A stretch of 38,407 nucleotides of DNA from Kiritimatiellia bacterium (GTDB lineage Bacteria > Verrucomicrobiota > Kiritimatiellia > CAIQIC01 > Lenti-01): the NCBI GenBank assembly GCA_045627965.1, contig JAZQOP010000231.1, forward strand, positions 1 to 38,407, written 5' to 3'. A program made the position numbers and the translations under genes. The notes beneath the pieces are model-generated. The model was given only the letters and a program-made list of their open reading frames with translations. It was not told the DNA's origin and made no database searches. Below, one piece after another: positions 24,139 through 32,956 of the stretch (its first letter is position 1; each line of letters starts with the position of its first letter).

Positions 24139-25680
24139 ATGGCGGCGGCAATTTGGATTGACGGCGAAGGCGGATGGTGGCAGGGTGGCGGGGTTGTGAG
24201 GAAAACAATCCAGCATACGCAGGCCGTCCTCGAGAAGCTGCCGACGCTTCCCGACCAGCCGGGCTGCTACCTGATGCGCAACCGGCAGGGGCGCATCATC
24301 TACATCGGGAAGGCGACGTCGCTGCGGTCGCGGGTCGGCTCCTATTTCCACCCGTCGACGTTCGCGAAGGCGGACCCGAAGCTGCGGTCGCTCATCCGGT
24401 CGATCGATTCGTTCGACTTCATTCCGCTCAGGACGGAGCCGGAGGCGGCGCTGACGGAGTCGCGGCTGATCAAGGAATACCGGCCGCGCTACAACATCCT
24501 GCTGAAGGACGACAAGCGCTTTCCGATGCTGCGGCTGCACCCGGGGGAGGCCTGTCCGCGGCTTGAGGCGGTGCGGTTGCGGAAGGATGACGGGGCGCGC
24601 TACTGGGGGCCGTTCACCTCGTCGTCGGCGGCGTGGGCGACGCTGGAGTTCGTGCAGCGGCACTTCGGGCTGCGGACGTGCGCGGTGCGCGTCCCGGGCG
24701 AGGAGGAGCACAAGCACTGCCACAACGACATCCTGCGGTTCTGCGCGGCGCCGTGCCTGCGTCCCGAGGACTACGGGGAACGGGTGGCGGAGGCGTGCGC
24801 CTTCCTCGACGGGGACCGTCTGGACGTGCTGAAGGCGCTGCGGGGCGACATGGAGGCGGCGGCGCAGGCGCAAGACTTCGAGAAGGCGGCGGCGCTGCGG
24901 GACACGTATCTGCTGCTGCTGCGGGCCATCCGCCAGCGGACGCTCGCGCAACGGACGCCCCAGCTGAAGGCCGAGGCGGCGGCGGAAGGGCTGGCGGCGC
25001 TGGCGGCGGCGGCGGGGCTGCGCGGGCCGCCGCACCGCATCGAATGCTACGACATTTCGAACATTTCGGGGACGTTGTCGGTGGCATCGGGGGTCGTGTC
25101 GATCGACGGGGTGCCGTCGCCGCAGTTCTACCGGATGTATCGGATCAAGACGGTCGAGGGGGCGAACGATCCGGCATCGATGGCCGAGGTCATCGGACGG
25201 CGTGCGCGGCGTGCGCAGGAGGACCCGGAGAAGTCGCCGATGCCCGACCTGGTGATCGTGGACGGCGGCATTACGCAACTGCGGGCGGCGCGGGCGGCGC
25301 TGGATGCGCTGGGGTTCCGGGAGCAGGCGCTCGTGGGACTGGCGGAGCGCTTCGAGGAGCTCTACCACGATGTCGAAAACAAGCGGCCGCCGATCCGGTT
25401 CGAGCGGGGGTCGCCGGCGCTGCACGTGCTGCAGGCGATCCGCGACGAGGCGCACCGCTTTGCGCTGACCTACCACCGGAAGCTGCGGGCGCGGAAGATC
25501 CGGGAGTCGGTGCTGGACGACATCCAGGGGGTGGGGCCGGCGCGGAAGGCGGCGCTGCTGCGGCATTTCGGGAGCATGGGGCCCATCCGCGAGGCGGGCG
25601 TGGCGGAGCTGGGGGCCTGCCCGGGCATCGGGCCGGTGTTCGCGGAACAGCTGTGGGCGGCGCTGCATCCGGGGGGATAG
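24139..25680 (+). CDS. uvrC: Excinuclease ABC subunit C
   Basis: GIY-YIG (PGCYLMRNRQGRIIYIGKATSLRSRV, YNILLKDDKRFP), UVR motif (DFEKAAALRD), C-terminal HhH. Start uncertain: ATG 24139 or GTG 24196. Confidence 0.92.
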   Translation: MAAAIWIDGEGGWWQGGGVVRKTIQHTQAVLEKLPTLPDQPGCYLMRNRQGRIIYIGKATSLRSRVGSYFHPSTFAKADPKLRSLIRSIDSFDFIPLRTEPEAALTESRLIKEYRPRYNILLKDDKRFPMLRLHPGEACPRLEAVRLRKDDGARYWGPFTSSSAAWATLEFVQRHFGLRTCAVRVPGEEEHKHCHNDILRFCAAPCLRPEDYGERVAEACAFLDGDRLDVLKALRGDMEAAAQAQDFEKAAALRDTYLLLLRAIRQRTLAQRTPQLKAEAAAEGLAALAAAAGLRGPPHRIECYDISNISGTLSVASGVVSIDGVPSPQFYRMYRIKTVEGANDPASMAEVIGRRARRAQEDPEKSPMPDLVIVDGGITQLRAARAALDALGFREQALVGLAERFEELYHDVENKRPPIRFERGSPALHVLQAIRDEAHRFALTYHRKLRARKIRESVLDDIQGVGPARKAALLRHFGSMGPIREAGVAELGACPGIGPVFAEQLWAALHPGG

Positions 25681-25724
25681 GGGCGCGGCGGGCGGCAGCG
25701 CGGGCCCCGGCACGCGGCAGGCCG

Positions 25725-26513
25725 CTAGCCGACGAGCGGGGCGAGCTTTTCGAAGGCCTCGACGGCGCCGAGCGGCAGGAAGATGTCGGTGACGCCGTGC
25801 TGCGTGTAGGCGGTGGGCCCGGGGTTGATTTCGATGATGGTGGCGCCGTGGCGCCTGGCGGCGGGGGGGACGGCGGCGGCCGGGTAGACGACGCCCGAGG
25901 TGCCGACGAGGACCATGCAATCGGTCGCGGCGGCTTCGCGGTCGGCGCGCTCCATGGCGGCGAGGGGGATGTTTTCGCCGAAGAAGATGAAATCGGGCTT
26001 CAGGAGGCCGCCGCAGAGGGGGCAAACGGGGAGGGCGGGCTCGGGAGGGAGGGCCTCGTGCAGGGGGAAGGTCCGCGAGCAGGCCAGGCAGGTCAGGGTG
26101 CGGCAATGGCCGTGGTATTCGACGAGTTCGGTCGAGCCGGCGGCGGCATGGAGGCCGTCGATGTTCTGGGTGACGGTGCAGGCCAGGCGGCCCTCGGCCT
26201 CCCAGCGGGCGAGCGTCCTGTGGGCGAGGTTGGGCTGTGCGGCGGGGCGACCGCCCGTGCCGAGGAAGGCGGTGAAGAGCGCGCGGATGGCCGGCCAGGA
26301 ATCCTGGGGGCGCCGGGTAAAGACGTCGAGGTCGAGGATGTCGGGGTCGTAGGATTCCCAGACGCCGCCGGGGCCGCGGAAGGGGGGGATGCCGCTTTCG
26401 ACGCTGATGCCGGCGCCCGTGAAGGCGGTCAGGTGCCGCGCAGCGGAAATGGCGCGGGCGGCGGCGGCGAGGCGGGCCTGCAGTTCGTCGTCAGGGATCT
26501 TGGCATCCGTCAT
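25725..26513 (-). CDS. cobB: NAD-dependent protein deacylase, Sir2/CobB family
   Basis: 262 aa from ATG 26513 (AGGAGG 6 nt upstream). GAGISVESGIPPFRG, TQNIDGLH, HG, and Zn ribbon CLAC...CPLCGG. Confidence 0.9.
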   Translation of the reverse strand: MTDAKIPDDELQARLAAAARAISAARHLTAFTGAGISVESGIPPFRGPGGVWESYDPDILDLDVFTRRPQDSWPAIRALFTAFLGTGGRPAAQPNLAHRTLARWEAEGRLACTVTQNIDGLHAAAGSTELVEYHGHCRTLTCLACSRTFPLHEALPPEPALPVCPLCGGLLKPDFIFFGENIPLAAMERADREAAATDCMVLVGTSGVVYPAAAVPPAARRHGATIIEINPGPTAYTQHGVTDIFLPLGAVEAFEKLAPLVG

Positions 26514-28848
26514 GTCCATCCTCCTGGGCCAGGCGGCCCGATTCGTCGATCCACGTCGGTTGCGTCCGCTCCACGGGGCACGGGGGAAGCGACGCGAGGA
26601 ACTTCCGTCCGTACCATTTTCCGGCCAGCCGGGGATCGAGGACGACGACGGTGCCGCGGTCGTCGGCCGAGCGGACCAGGCGCCCGAAGCCTTGGCGGAA
26701 CTTGAGGATGGCCTCGGGGAGGGAGAAGTCGACGAAAGAGCTGCCGCCGCGCTCCTCGATGCGGCGCATGCGGGCCGCGACGACGGGCTGGTCGGGGACG
26801 GCGAAGGGCAGGCGCGTGATGATGACGGTCGAAAGGGCGGGCCCCTTGACGTCGACGCCCATCCAGAAGCTGTCGAGGCCGAAGAGGACGTAGGGGCGGT
26901 CGGCGCGGCGGAAGAGGTCCAGCATCTGCGACCTCGGCATCGAGCCGTCCTGGAGGATGGGTACGAGGCCGGCGTCCTCGAGGGGGCCACGCAGGAGGTC
27001 GGCGACGCGGCGGAGGAGGTCGGCGGAGGTGAAGAGGGCGAAGGTGCGGCCCTGCGAAGCGGCGGCGTGGCGGAGGATGCCGCCGGCGACGGCGGCGGCA
27101 TAGCCGCGGGCGTCGGAGGGGTCCGGGCCGCCGGCGGCGGCGAGGAGGCGGACCTGGCGGGGATAGTCGAAGGGCGAGCCGAGGCAGAGCATCCGGCAGT
27201 CGTCCGGCGCGCCGAGGCGGCGGCGGCAGTAGTCGAGCTTGCCCTCGACCGCGAGCGTGGCGCTGGCCAGGACGATGGTGCCGTAGGGGCCGAAGAACTC
27301 CTCGCGCAGGATGGGGGCGACCTCGATCGGGGCCGAATGCAGGACGGTCGATCGGCGCTTGCCCTCGCGTTCCAGCCAGTAGACGTGGTCGGCCAGGTTC
27401 TGGCCGAGGAACTGGTCGAGCTCCGTCGCCATGCCGTCGACGGTGGCGCGCAGGCCGCGGAGCTCGGCGGCGGTTTCGTCGTCCTCGCGGTCGAGGTAGG
27501 TGCGGGCGAGCTCCTGGAGCTTGGCCGAAAGGCGGGCCATCGTCTCGGGGACGGACGACTCGACCGAAAGCGGGCCGCGGAGCGTCAGCTGCATGTCGCG
27601 CGGGCCGAAGTGCGCGGCCTCCTCGATGGCGCGGAAGAGGTTCGGGACGGCCTCCCAGAGGCGGGTGACCAGGTGGGCGGCGTCGCCCTGGCGGAGGAGG
27701 CCGAGGAGGCCCTTGCCCGTATCGGGGACGAAGAGGCGGCGCATCCAATACTTGAACGCCGCGAGCGAAATGCGCAGCCCGAGGTGGTCGCTGGCGACGT
27801 CCTCGACGGTGTGGGCCTCGTCGAGGACCACGGCGGCCACCGACGGCAGGAACCCCGGACCCGACATCCGGATGGCCATGTCCGAAAACAGGATGTGGTG
27901 GTTGACCACGAGCAGGTCCGCCTCGCGGATGCGTTCGCGGGCGCGCTGGAAGAAGCAGTTCTTGCGGAACGGGCATTTCTTGCCCATGCAGTTGTCGCGC
28001 TCGGCGCAGACGGAGGCCCAGACGTCGGACGACGGGGCCGGCGAAAGCTCCTGCTGCGAGCCTTCGCGGGCGTTGGCGGCCCAGCCCAGGATGCGGTCGA
28101 GCTCGAGGCGGCCGGGCGAGGAAAAGAGCTCCTGCTGGCCTTTCGTCGCGCGCTGGAGCCGACGGCGGCAGAGGTAGTTCGAGCGCCCTTTGACGAGGAC
28201 GGCGCGGAAGGCCAGGCCGAGCGTCGCCTGGAGCAGGGGCAGGTCCTTGTTCATCAGCTGCTCCTGGAGGGCGATCGTATAGGTCGAGACGAGGACCTTC
28301 TCCTTGACCTGGAGCGAATGCATCAGCAGGGGGACGAGATAGGCCAGGCTCTTGCCGACGCCCGTGCCCGCCTCCACCAGGAGCGTCCCCCCCGCCTCCA
28401 GCGTATCGGCCACCGCCATGGCCATCGCCTCCTGCTGGGGACGCACCTCGAAGCGGAAGCGCCCGTCGTCCGGCGCGCCGCCGCCGGCCAGGACCGACAG
28501 GGCGCCGCCGGAGCCCAGGACGCCCTTGACCAGGTCGCCCAGCGGGCGCCCGCCCCGGGCGGCGTCTTCGCGGCGGCGGCGTGCCGCGCGCCCGGCGACG
28601 GTGGAGGGCGGAGGCTCGTCGTCCACGTAGTCGCCGACCGCCTCCCAGACGTCGCGGCCGGCGGGCGGCGGGAACGGCGGCGGCGCGGCGACGGAATCCT
28701 GCACGAACGTCCGGACCTCGCCCATCGACGAGATTTCCTCGGCCGGCTCGACGGAATGCGCGCAAACAGGCCGGTCCGGGCCCTTGGTTTCCGAACGTTT
28801 GTTCGTGCTCTTCCGCCCTACACGGCGATCGGGCTTGTCCCCGGACAT
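26491..28848 (-). CDS. dinG: DinG/Rad3-family ATP-dependent helicase with Fe-S cluster
   Basis: 785 aa; Walker A EAGTGVGKS, four Cys (CAERDNCMGKKCPFRKNC), DEAH box VVLDEAH. Low-complexity ~130-aa N-terminus. Confidence 0.88.
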   Translation of the reverse strand: MSGDKPDRRVGRKSTNKRSETKGPDRPVCAHSVEPAEEISSMGEVRTFVQDSVAAPPPFPPPAGRDVWEAVGDYVDDEPPPSTVAGRAARRRREDAARGGRPLGDLVKGVLGSGGALSVLAGGGAPDDGRFRFEVRPQQEAMAMAVADTLEAGGTLLVEAGTGVGKSLAYLVPLLMHSLQVKEKVLVSTYTIALQEQLMNKDLPLLQATLGLAFRAVLVKGRSNYLCRRRLQRATKGQQELFSSPGRLELDRILGWAANAREGSQQELSPAPSSDVWASVCAERDNCMGKKCPFRKNCFFQRARERIREADLLVVNHHILFSDMAIRMSGPGFLPSVAAVVLDEAHTVEDVASDHLGLRISLAAFKYWMRRLFVPDTGKGLLGLLRQGDAAHLVTRLWEAVPNLFRAIEEAAHFGPRDMQLTLRGPLSVESSVPETMARLSAKLQELARTYLDREDDETAAELRGLRATVDGMATELDQFLGQNLADHVYWLEREGKRRSTVLHSAPIEVAPILREEFFGPYGTIVLASATLAVEGKLDYCRRRLGAPDDCRMLCLGSPFDYPRQVRLLAAAGGPDPSDARGYAAAVAGGILRHAAASQGRTFALFTSADLLRRVADLLRGPLEDAGLVPILQDGSMPRSQMLDLFRRADRPYVLFGLDSFWMGVDVKGPALSTVIITRLPFAVPDQPVVAARMRRIEERGGSSFVDFSLPEAILKFRQGFGRLVRSADDRGTVVVLDPRLAGKWYGRKFLASLPPCPVERTQPTWIDESGRLAQEDGHDGCQDP

Positions 28849-28862
28849 GCGGCCCCCCTTTC

Positions 28863-30002
28863 CTATTCGGCGGCGGAGTCCGCGGGCGCCTCGGCGGCGG
28901 GGGCCAGCGATTCCTCGGCCAGGGAGACGTCCACCTCCGGGACATCCCCAGCGGGGGCGGCGGCGGGAGCGGCCTCGCCGTCCTCCGGCGGGTTCAGGAC
29001 GGCGAGGGAGCCGTCGAAGCGGATGTTCGCCTTGGCGCGCAGGGACTCGATGAATTCGTGGCCGATGCGGCGCTGCTCATCGCTGCGGAGGCGGGCGACC
29101 AGCCGATCCTTGACCGTGTCGAACGGGGCGACCTGCTCGTCGAGGTCCTCCTCGGCCTTGATGACGTGGAACCCGACGCCCGTCTCGACGATTTCGCCGA
29201 TTTCGCCCAGTTCCTGGGAGTAGAGGGCCTCCTCGAAGGCCGGGTCTTCGCGGCCTTTCGGGATGAGCCCGAGCTCGCCGCCGCGGGAGGCGCTCACGCA
29301 GTCGGAGGTTTCGCGGGCCAGCTGGGCGAAGTCGGCGCCCTTGAGCAAGGCGTCGCGGACGCCCTCGATCTTCTTGCGGGCGGCGGCGCGTTCCTCGTCG
29401 GTGGCGGCGGAGCTGACGCGGACCAGGATGTGGGCGGCGGTGCGGCCGGCCGGCTGGGTGAACATCTGGATATTTTCGTCGTAGAACTTGCGGGCGGTCT
29501 CCTCGGTGATGGCGGCCTGGGCGGCGGCGACCTCGTCATGCAGGAGGCGGTTGCGGAAGATGTCCAGCTTGAGATTGGCTTCGAGCTGCTCCATGGTGAG
29601 GTTGTTCTCGGCGAGCATGATCGCCATGGCGTCCTCGTTCTGCATGTGGCCGAAGAGCTGCTGCTTGGCGGCGGCGATCTCGTCGGAGGAGACCGTGGCG
29701 TTCTGGCGTTCCATCTCGGCCTGGACGAGCTGGCGGGTGATCAGGCTGTCGAGGACGCGGACGAGGTTGGCGTTGCGGCGGCGGTTCAGGTCGTCCTCGG
29801 AAAGCCCCGCAGGCAGCTGGCGCTCGAACTTGGCGAGGTCGGCCATGACCTGGGCGCGCGTGAAGTCGGCGTTGTCGATGTGCAGTACAATCTCGGAGGC
29901 CGGATCGTTCGGGACGACCACCTCGGCCTCCTTCTTGCCGCAACCGCACAACGCAACCGAAACGGCCAGGCCGCCCATCATCAGCATCGAAATCCGCTTC
30001 AT
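28863..30002 (-). CDS. Parvulin-type peptidyl-prolyl isomerase (PrsA/SurA-like), probable lipoprotein
   Basis: Start at internal ATG 30002: MKRISMLMMGGLAVSVALCGCG signal/lipobox-like. PpiC domain AAHILV ... GGELGLI ... GFHVIK. Confidence 0.85.
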   Translation of the reverse strand: MKRISMLMMGGLAVSVALCGCGKKEAEVVVPNDPASEIVLHIDNADFTRAQVMADLAKFERQLPAGLSEDDLNRRRNANLVRVLDSLITRQLVQAEMERQNATVSSDEIAAAKQQLFGHMQNEDAMAIMLAENNLTMEQLEANLKLDIFRNRLLHDEVAAAQAAITEETARKFYDENIQMFTQPAGRTAAHILVRVSSAATDEERAAARKKIEGVRDALLKGADFAQLARETSDCVSASRGGELGLIPKGREDPAFEEALYSQELGEIGEIVETGVGFHVIKAEEDLDEQVAPFDTVKDRLVARLRSDEQRRIGHEFIESLRAKANIRFDGSLAVLNPPEDGEAAPAAAPAGDVPEVDVSLAEESLAPAAEAPADSAAE

Positions 30003-30160
30003 ACGTGCACTCCATCCGGCCGGGTTCGGGCGAAGGACCATCCGACGCCGTCCCGCCGTGCGGCCCATCATCCCCATTCCGTCCGCGAAAATCAAGGCGG
30101 AAAGATGGCCCCCCCGCAGAAAGGTCCGCCGCCCGGCCGGGCGGCCCCGGGGATTTGCGC

Positions 30161-30189
30161 TTGCCTTCGCGCGCGTGTGGGCGTAGGAT
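30161..30189 (+). promoter_or_regulatory. Candidate sigma70 promoter for the 30219 cassette
   Basis: TTGCCT-N17-TAGGAT, 30 nt upstream of the ATG. Confidence 0.3.
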
Positions 30190-30218
30190 TGCGGGGTCCA
30201 TAGGGAGAATTACCAGCC

Positions 30219-31484
30219 ATGCGTCGCATCCTTTTCCGAAGTTTCCTGTTCTGCCTCGTCGCCGCCCTGCTCATCGGGGCGTTCTATGCGTGGCGCGCCT
30301 ACGACGCCTGCCGCACGGCGATAGGCGGCTACAAGCACCTGCGCTACCTGCTCGAATCGGGCGAGACGCTCGAAGGCGAACCGGCCGACGAAGTGCTCTC
30401 CGACGACTACCTGATGAGCCTGTTCGGGAACAACCCCGAGCTGGTCGAGCGGCTGAAGTCGATCGTCGACCTGGGAATGGCCACCGACGAATCGCTGAAG
30501 ACGGGCGAAGTCACGGCAATGATCGTCACCTACCAGAAGGTCGAAGGCGAAATCCGCGACGCGGCGATCTACGTGCTGGGCGGGTTCTCCGACCCGAAGC
30601 ATTCGCGCATGGGCTTCCACACGTCCGGCTACTTCCAGCAGGAGCTCGACCCCGGCCTGTGGCTGACGGGCACCACCGTCATGAACCTGTTCGGCCGCGA
30701 CATCGTCGTGTTCTGCGAGAAGGAGAAGGCCGAGCAGCACATGGCGCTGCTCTACGACCTGCTCAACGGCGGGATCATGCCGCTGGCCTCGAAGATCATC
30801 GACTCGCCGCTGCACTACTCGATCGTCATCCCCTCGCCCAAGCAGATCGCTCCGCCCAACCTGCGCAACCACCTGCAGACCGTCTTCATCACGGGAACGA
30901 TGGAACCGGACCAGTCGGAGACCGAGATCCGCTTCATCACGGGCAACCCCCTGAAGGCCTCGCACGTCCACTCCATCCTCAAGGACATGCTGTCCATGGC
31001 GCGCATGACGTTTCACGACCGCTTCAGCGGCTATGTCAAGAAGCGCTCCTGGGGCACGCAGGACGACATGTGGTGGGCGACGGAATACGTCTCGCTGATC
31101 GACAGCTCGAAGCTGGTGCTCTCGCCCGACATGGTCAGCCTGCGCTTCCGCTACGACCGGGCGCAGAACAACGCCGTGCTCAAGACCATCGAGCGCGCCG
31201 GCCGCGACCTGGCCGCGCAGCGGGCCTTCGCGATCGCCGGCGAGCTACCGTGGGAGTTCGTCTATGCCCAGAAGGACAACGACTCGGGCGCCTACTGGTC
31301 GAAGGAGCACCTCGACGGCCCCGAATGGCCCCTGGGCGAGGAAGGCCTCCCGACGCCCGGCTCCATCGCCGCCAAGGCCGAGCGCGAACGCCTGGCCGCC
31401 GAAAAGGCCGCCGAAAAGGAGCGCCAGCGCCAGGAGAAGGAAGAAAAGGCCCGCCAGGCCGCCCAGCCCGGACAGGAGGCCTGA
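30219..31484 (+). CDS. Hypothetical membrane-anchored protein with a charged Lys/Glu-rich tail
   Basis: 421 aa; N-terminal TM (FLFCLVAALLIGAFYAW); I recognise no family motif; C-terminus AERERLAAEKAAEKERQRQEKEEKARQ. Confidence 0.75.
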   Translation: MRRILFRSFLFCLVAALLIGAFYAWRAYDACRTAIGGYKHLRYLLESGETLEGEPADEVLSDDYLMSLFGNNPELVERLKSIVDLGMATDESLKTGEVTAMIVTYQKVEGEIRDAAIYVLGGFSDPKHSRMGFHTSGYFQQELDPGLWLTGTTVMNLFGRDIVVFCEKEKAEQHMALLYDLLNGGIMPLASKIIDSPLHYSIVIPSPKQIAPPNLRNHLQTVFITGTMEPDQSETEIRFITGNPLKASHVHSILKDMLSMARMTFHDRFSGYVKKRSWGTQDDMWWATEYVSLIDSSKLVLSPDMVSLRFRYDRAQNNAVLKTIERAGRDLAAQRAFAIAGELPWEFVYAQKDNDSGAYWSKEHLDGPEWPLGEEGLPTPGSIAAKAERERLAAEKAAEKERQRQEKEEKARQAAQPGQEA

Positions 31485-31487
31485 TCC

Positions 31488-32903
31488 ATGGACCGCCGCC
31501 GCCTTTCCGCCCTTGCCCTCGCGGGCCTCCTGGCGCTGCCGCTGGCCGCCCTGGCCCGTCCGTTCGACGTCCGCGTCCTGTCCGCCACCAACGTCTACCA
31601 GCTGGCTCCGGTCGTCGCCGACTCGGGCCTCATCGCCTGGATCCAGCGGAGCAAGCTGGGCGACGACGGCGACGACGGAGCCCAGTCGCGCACCGACGTG
31701 CTGGTTTCCGACAACGGCGCCGAGCCGGTCAACATCACGAAGGACGACCCGGCGCTGGCCGGGCGCATGTCCACGCCGTCGGTCTGCGGGCAGGCCGTCG
31801 CCTTTTCCGTGCAGATCGTCCCCGGGAACCCGGGCGGCCCCGAATTCAAGCTGGTCCTGCCCGAGCTCGACGAAAAGATGCAGCAGATGGAGGACGACTA
31901 CCCGACGCTCTTCGGCGAGACGCCGCCCTCTTCGGCGACCATCGCGCAGATCGACGCCGACACGCCCGAGGCGGCCGCCATCCCCGAGGGGGCCGCCGAC
32001 GCGGAGCCGGAGCTCGACGAGAACGGCGAGCCCATCGTGAAGCCCATTGCCGCCCCGCCGCGCCAGAACTGGCGCGCCGGCATGGGCAACAGCCTGTCCA
32101 TCGCCCTCTACGAAAACGGCCAAATCGAGTTCCTGACGCCGACGAACCAAGGCTTTTCCATCCCGGCGCTGGGCGAGAAGCACGTCGCCTGCCTTTGCGC
32201 GCGCGGCTGGCCCTACGGCTACGAGATGGTCACCTACGACCGCGAGCAGAAGGCCCTCACGCAGCTGACGACCAACTTCTTCTACGTCGCCTGCCCCGTC
32301 ATGTCGGGCCACCGCCTCGCCTTCCAGGGGTGGGACGGCAACGACTACGAAATCTTCGTCCACGACTTCGACACGGGCGTCACCACGCAGATCACCGACA
32401 ACACCTTCGACGACACCGACCCCGCCCTGGACGGCGACACCCTCGGCTGGATCGGCCACCCCCTCGTCACCGCCGAAATCTTCATGTACGACTTCGAGTC
32501 CCAGTCCGTCCGCAAGCTCTCGGACTCCTCGACGACGGCCAACACGCACCTTTCGGTCTGGGACGGGAAGGCCGTCTGGCAGGCCTACGACGACGAGGGC
32601 GCCGACTCCGAAATCTACTACTACGACGGCAAGCGCATCATCAAGCTGACGTCCAACATCTGGGACGACACCGACCCGTGCATCCGCGACGGCGTCATCG
32701 CCTGGGTGTCCTACGTGGACCTCGGCGACGCCGAAATCATGGCCCTCGACCTTTCCGACAACATCCCCGTCCAGATCACCGACAACGCCTCCGACGACCT
32801 CCACCCGTGCACCGCGCGCTCCATGGTCGTCTGGCAGTCCGACACCGACGACGGGCATTCCCTGATCTGCATCGCCACGCCCCACGTCGACGGCAAGCCC
32901 TAG
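31488..32903 (+). CDS. Secreted repeat protein, probable beta-propeller
   Basis: 471 aa; signal peptide MDRRRLSALALAGLLALPLAALA. At least 4 repeats of the pattern EI..YD....(I/L)T.N..DD..P......(I/V).W in the C-terminal half. Confidence 0.8.
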   Translation: MDRRRLSALALAGLLALPLAALARPFDVRVLSATNVYQLAPVVADSGLIAWIQRSKLGDDGDDGAQSRTDVLVSDNGAEPVNITKDDPALAGRMSTPSVCGQAVAFSVQIVPGNPGGPEFKLVLPELDEKMQQMEDDYPTLFGETPPSSATIAQIDADTPEAAAIPEGAADAEPELDENGEPIVKPIAAPPRQNWRAGMGNSLSIALYENGQIEFLTPTNQGFSIPALGEKHVACLCARGWPYGYEMVTYDREQKALTQLTTNFFYVACPVMSGHRLAFQGWDGNDYEIFVHDFDTGVTTQITDNTFDDTDPALDGDTLGWIGHPLVTAEIFMYDFESQSVRKLSDSSTTANTHLSVWDGKAVWQAYDDEGADSEIYYYDGKRIIKLTSNIWDDTDPCIRDGVIAWVSYVDLGDAEIMALDLSDNIPVQITDNASDDLHPCTARSMVVWQSDTDDGHSLICIATPHVDGKP

Positions 32904-32956
32904 CGGCCGAAGCCACGCGCGGCGGACGTCCCTTTTGCAAACGCGGACGGAACACC

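Noticed and set aside
25725-28848. Sir2 + helicase read as an anti-phage defence system (DSR/Thoeris/SIR2-HerA-like)
   Set aside because: The sirtuin is a short canonical CobB-type protein with a Zn ribbon and no extra sensor or effector domain. The helicase is a standard DinG/XPD Fe-S helicase. The neighbours are housekeeping genes and there is no compositional anomaly. It is kept only as a low-interest operon observation.
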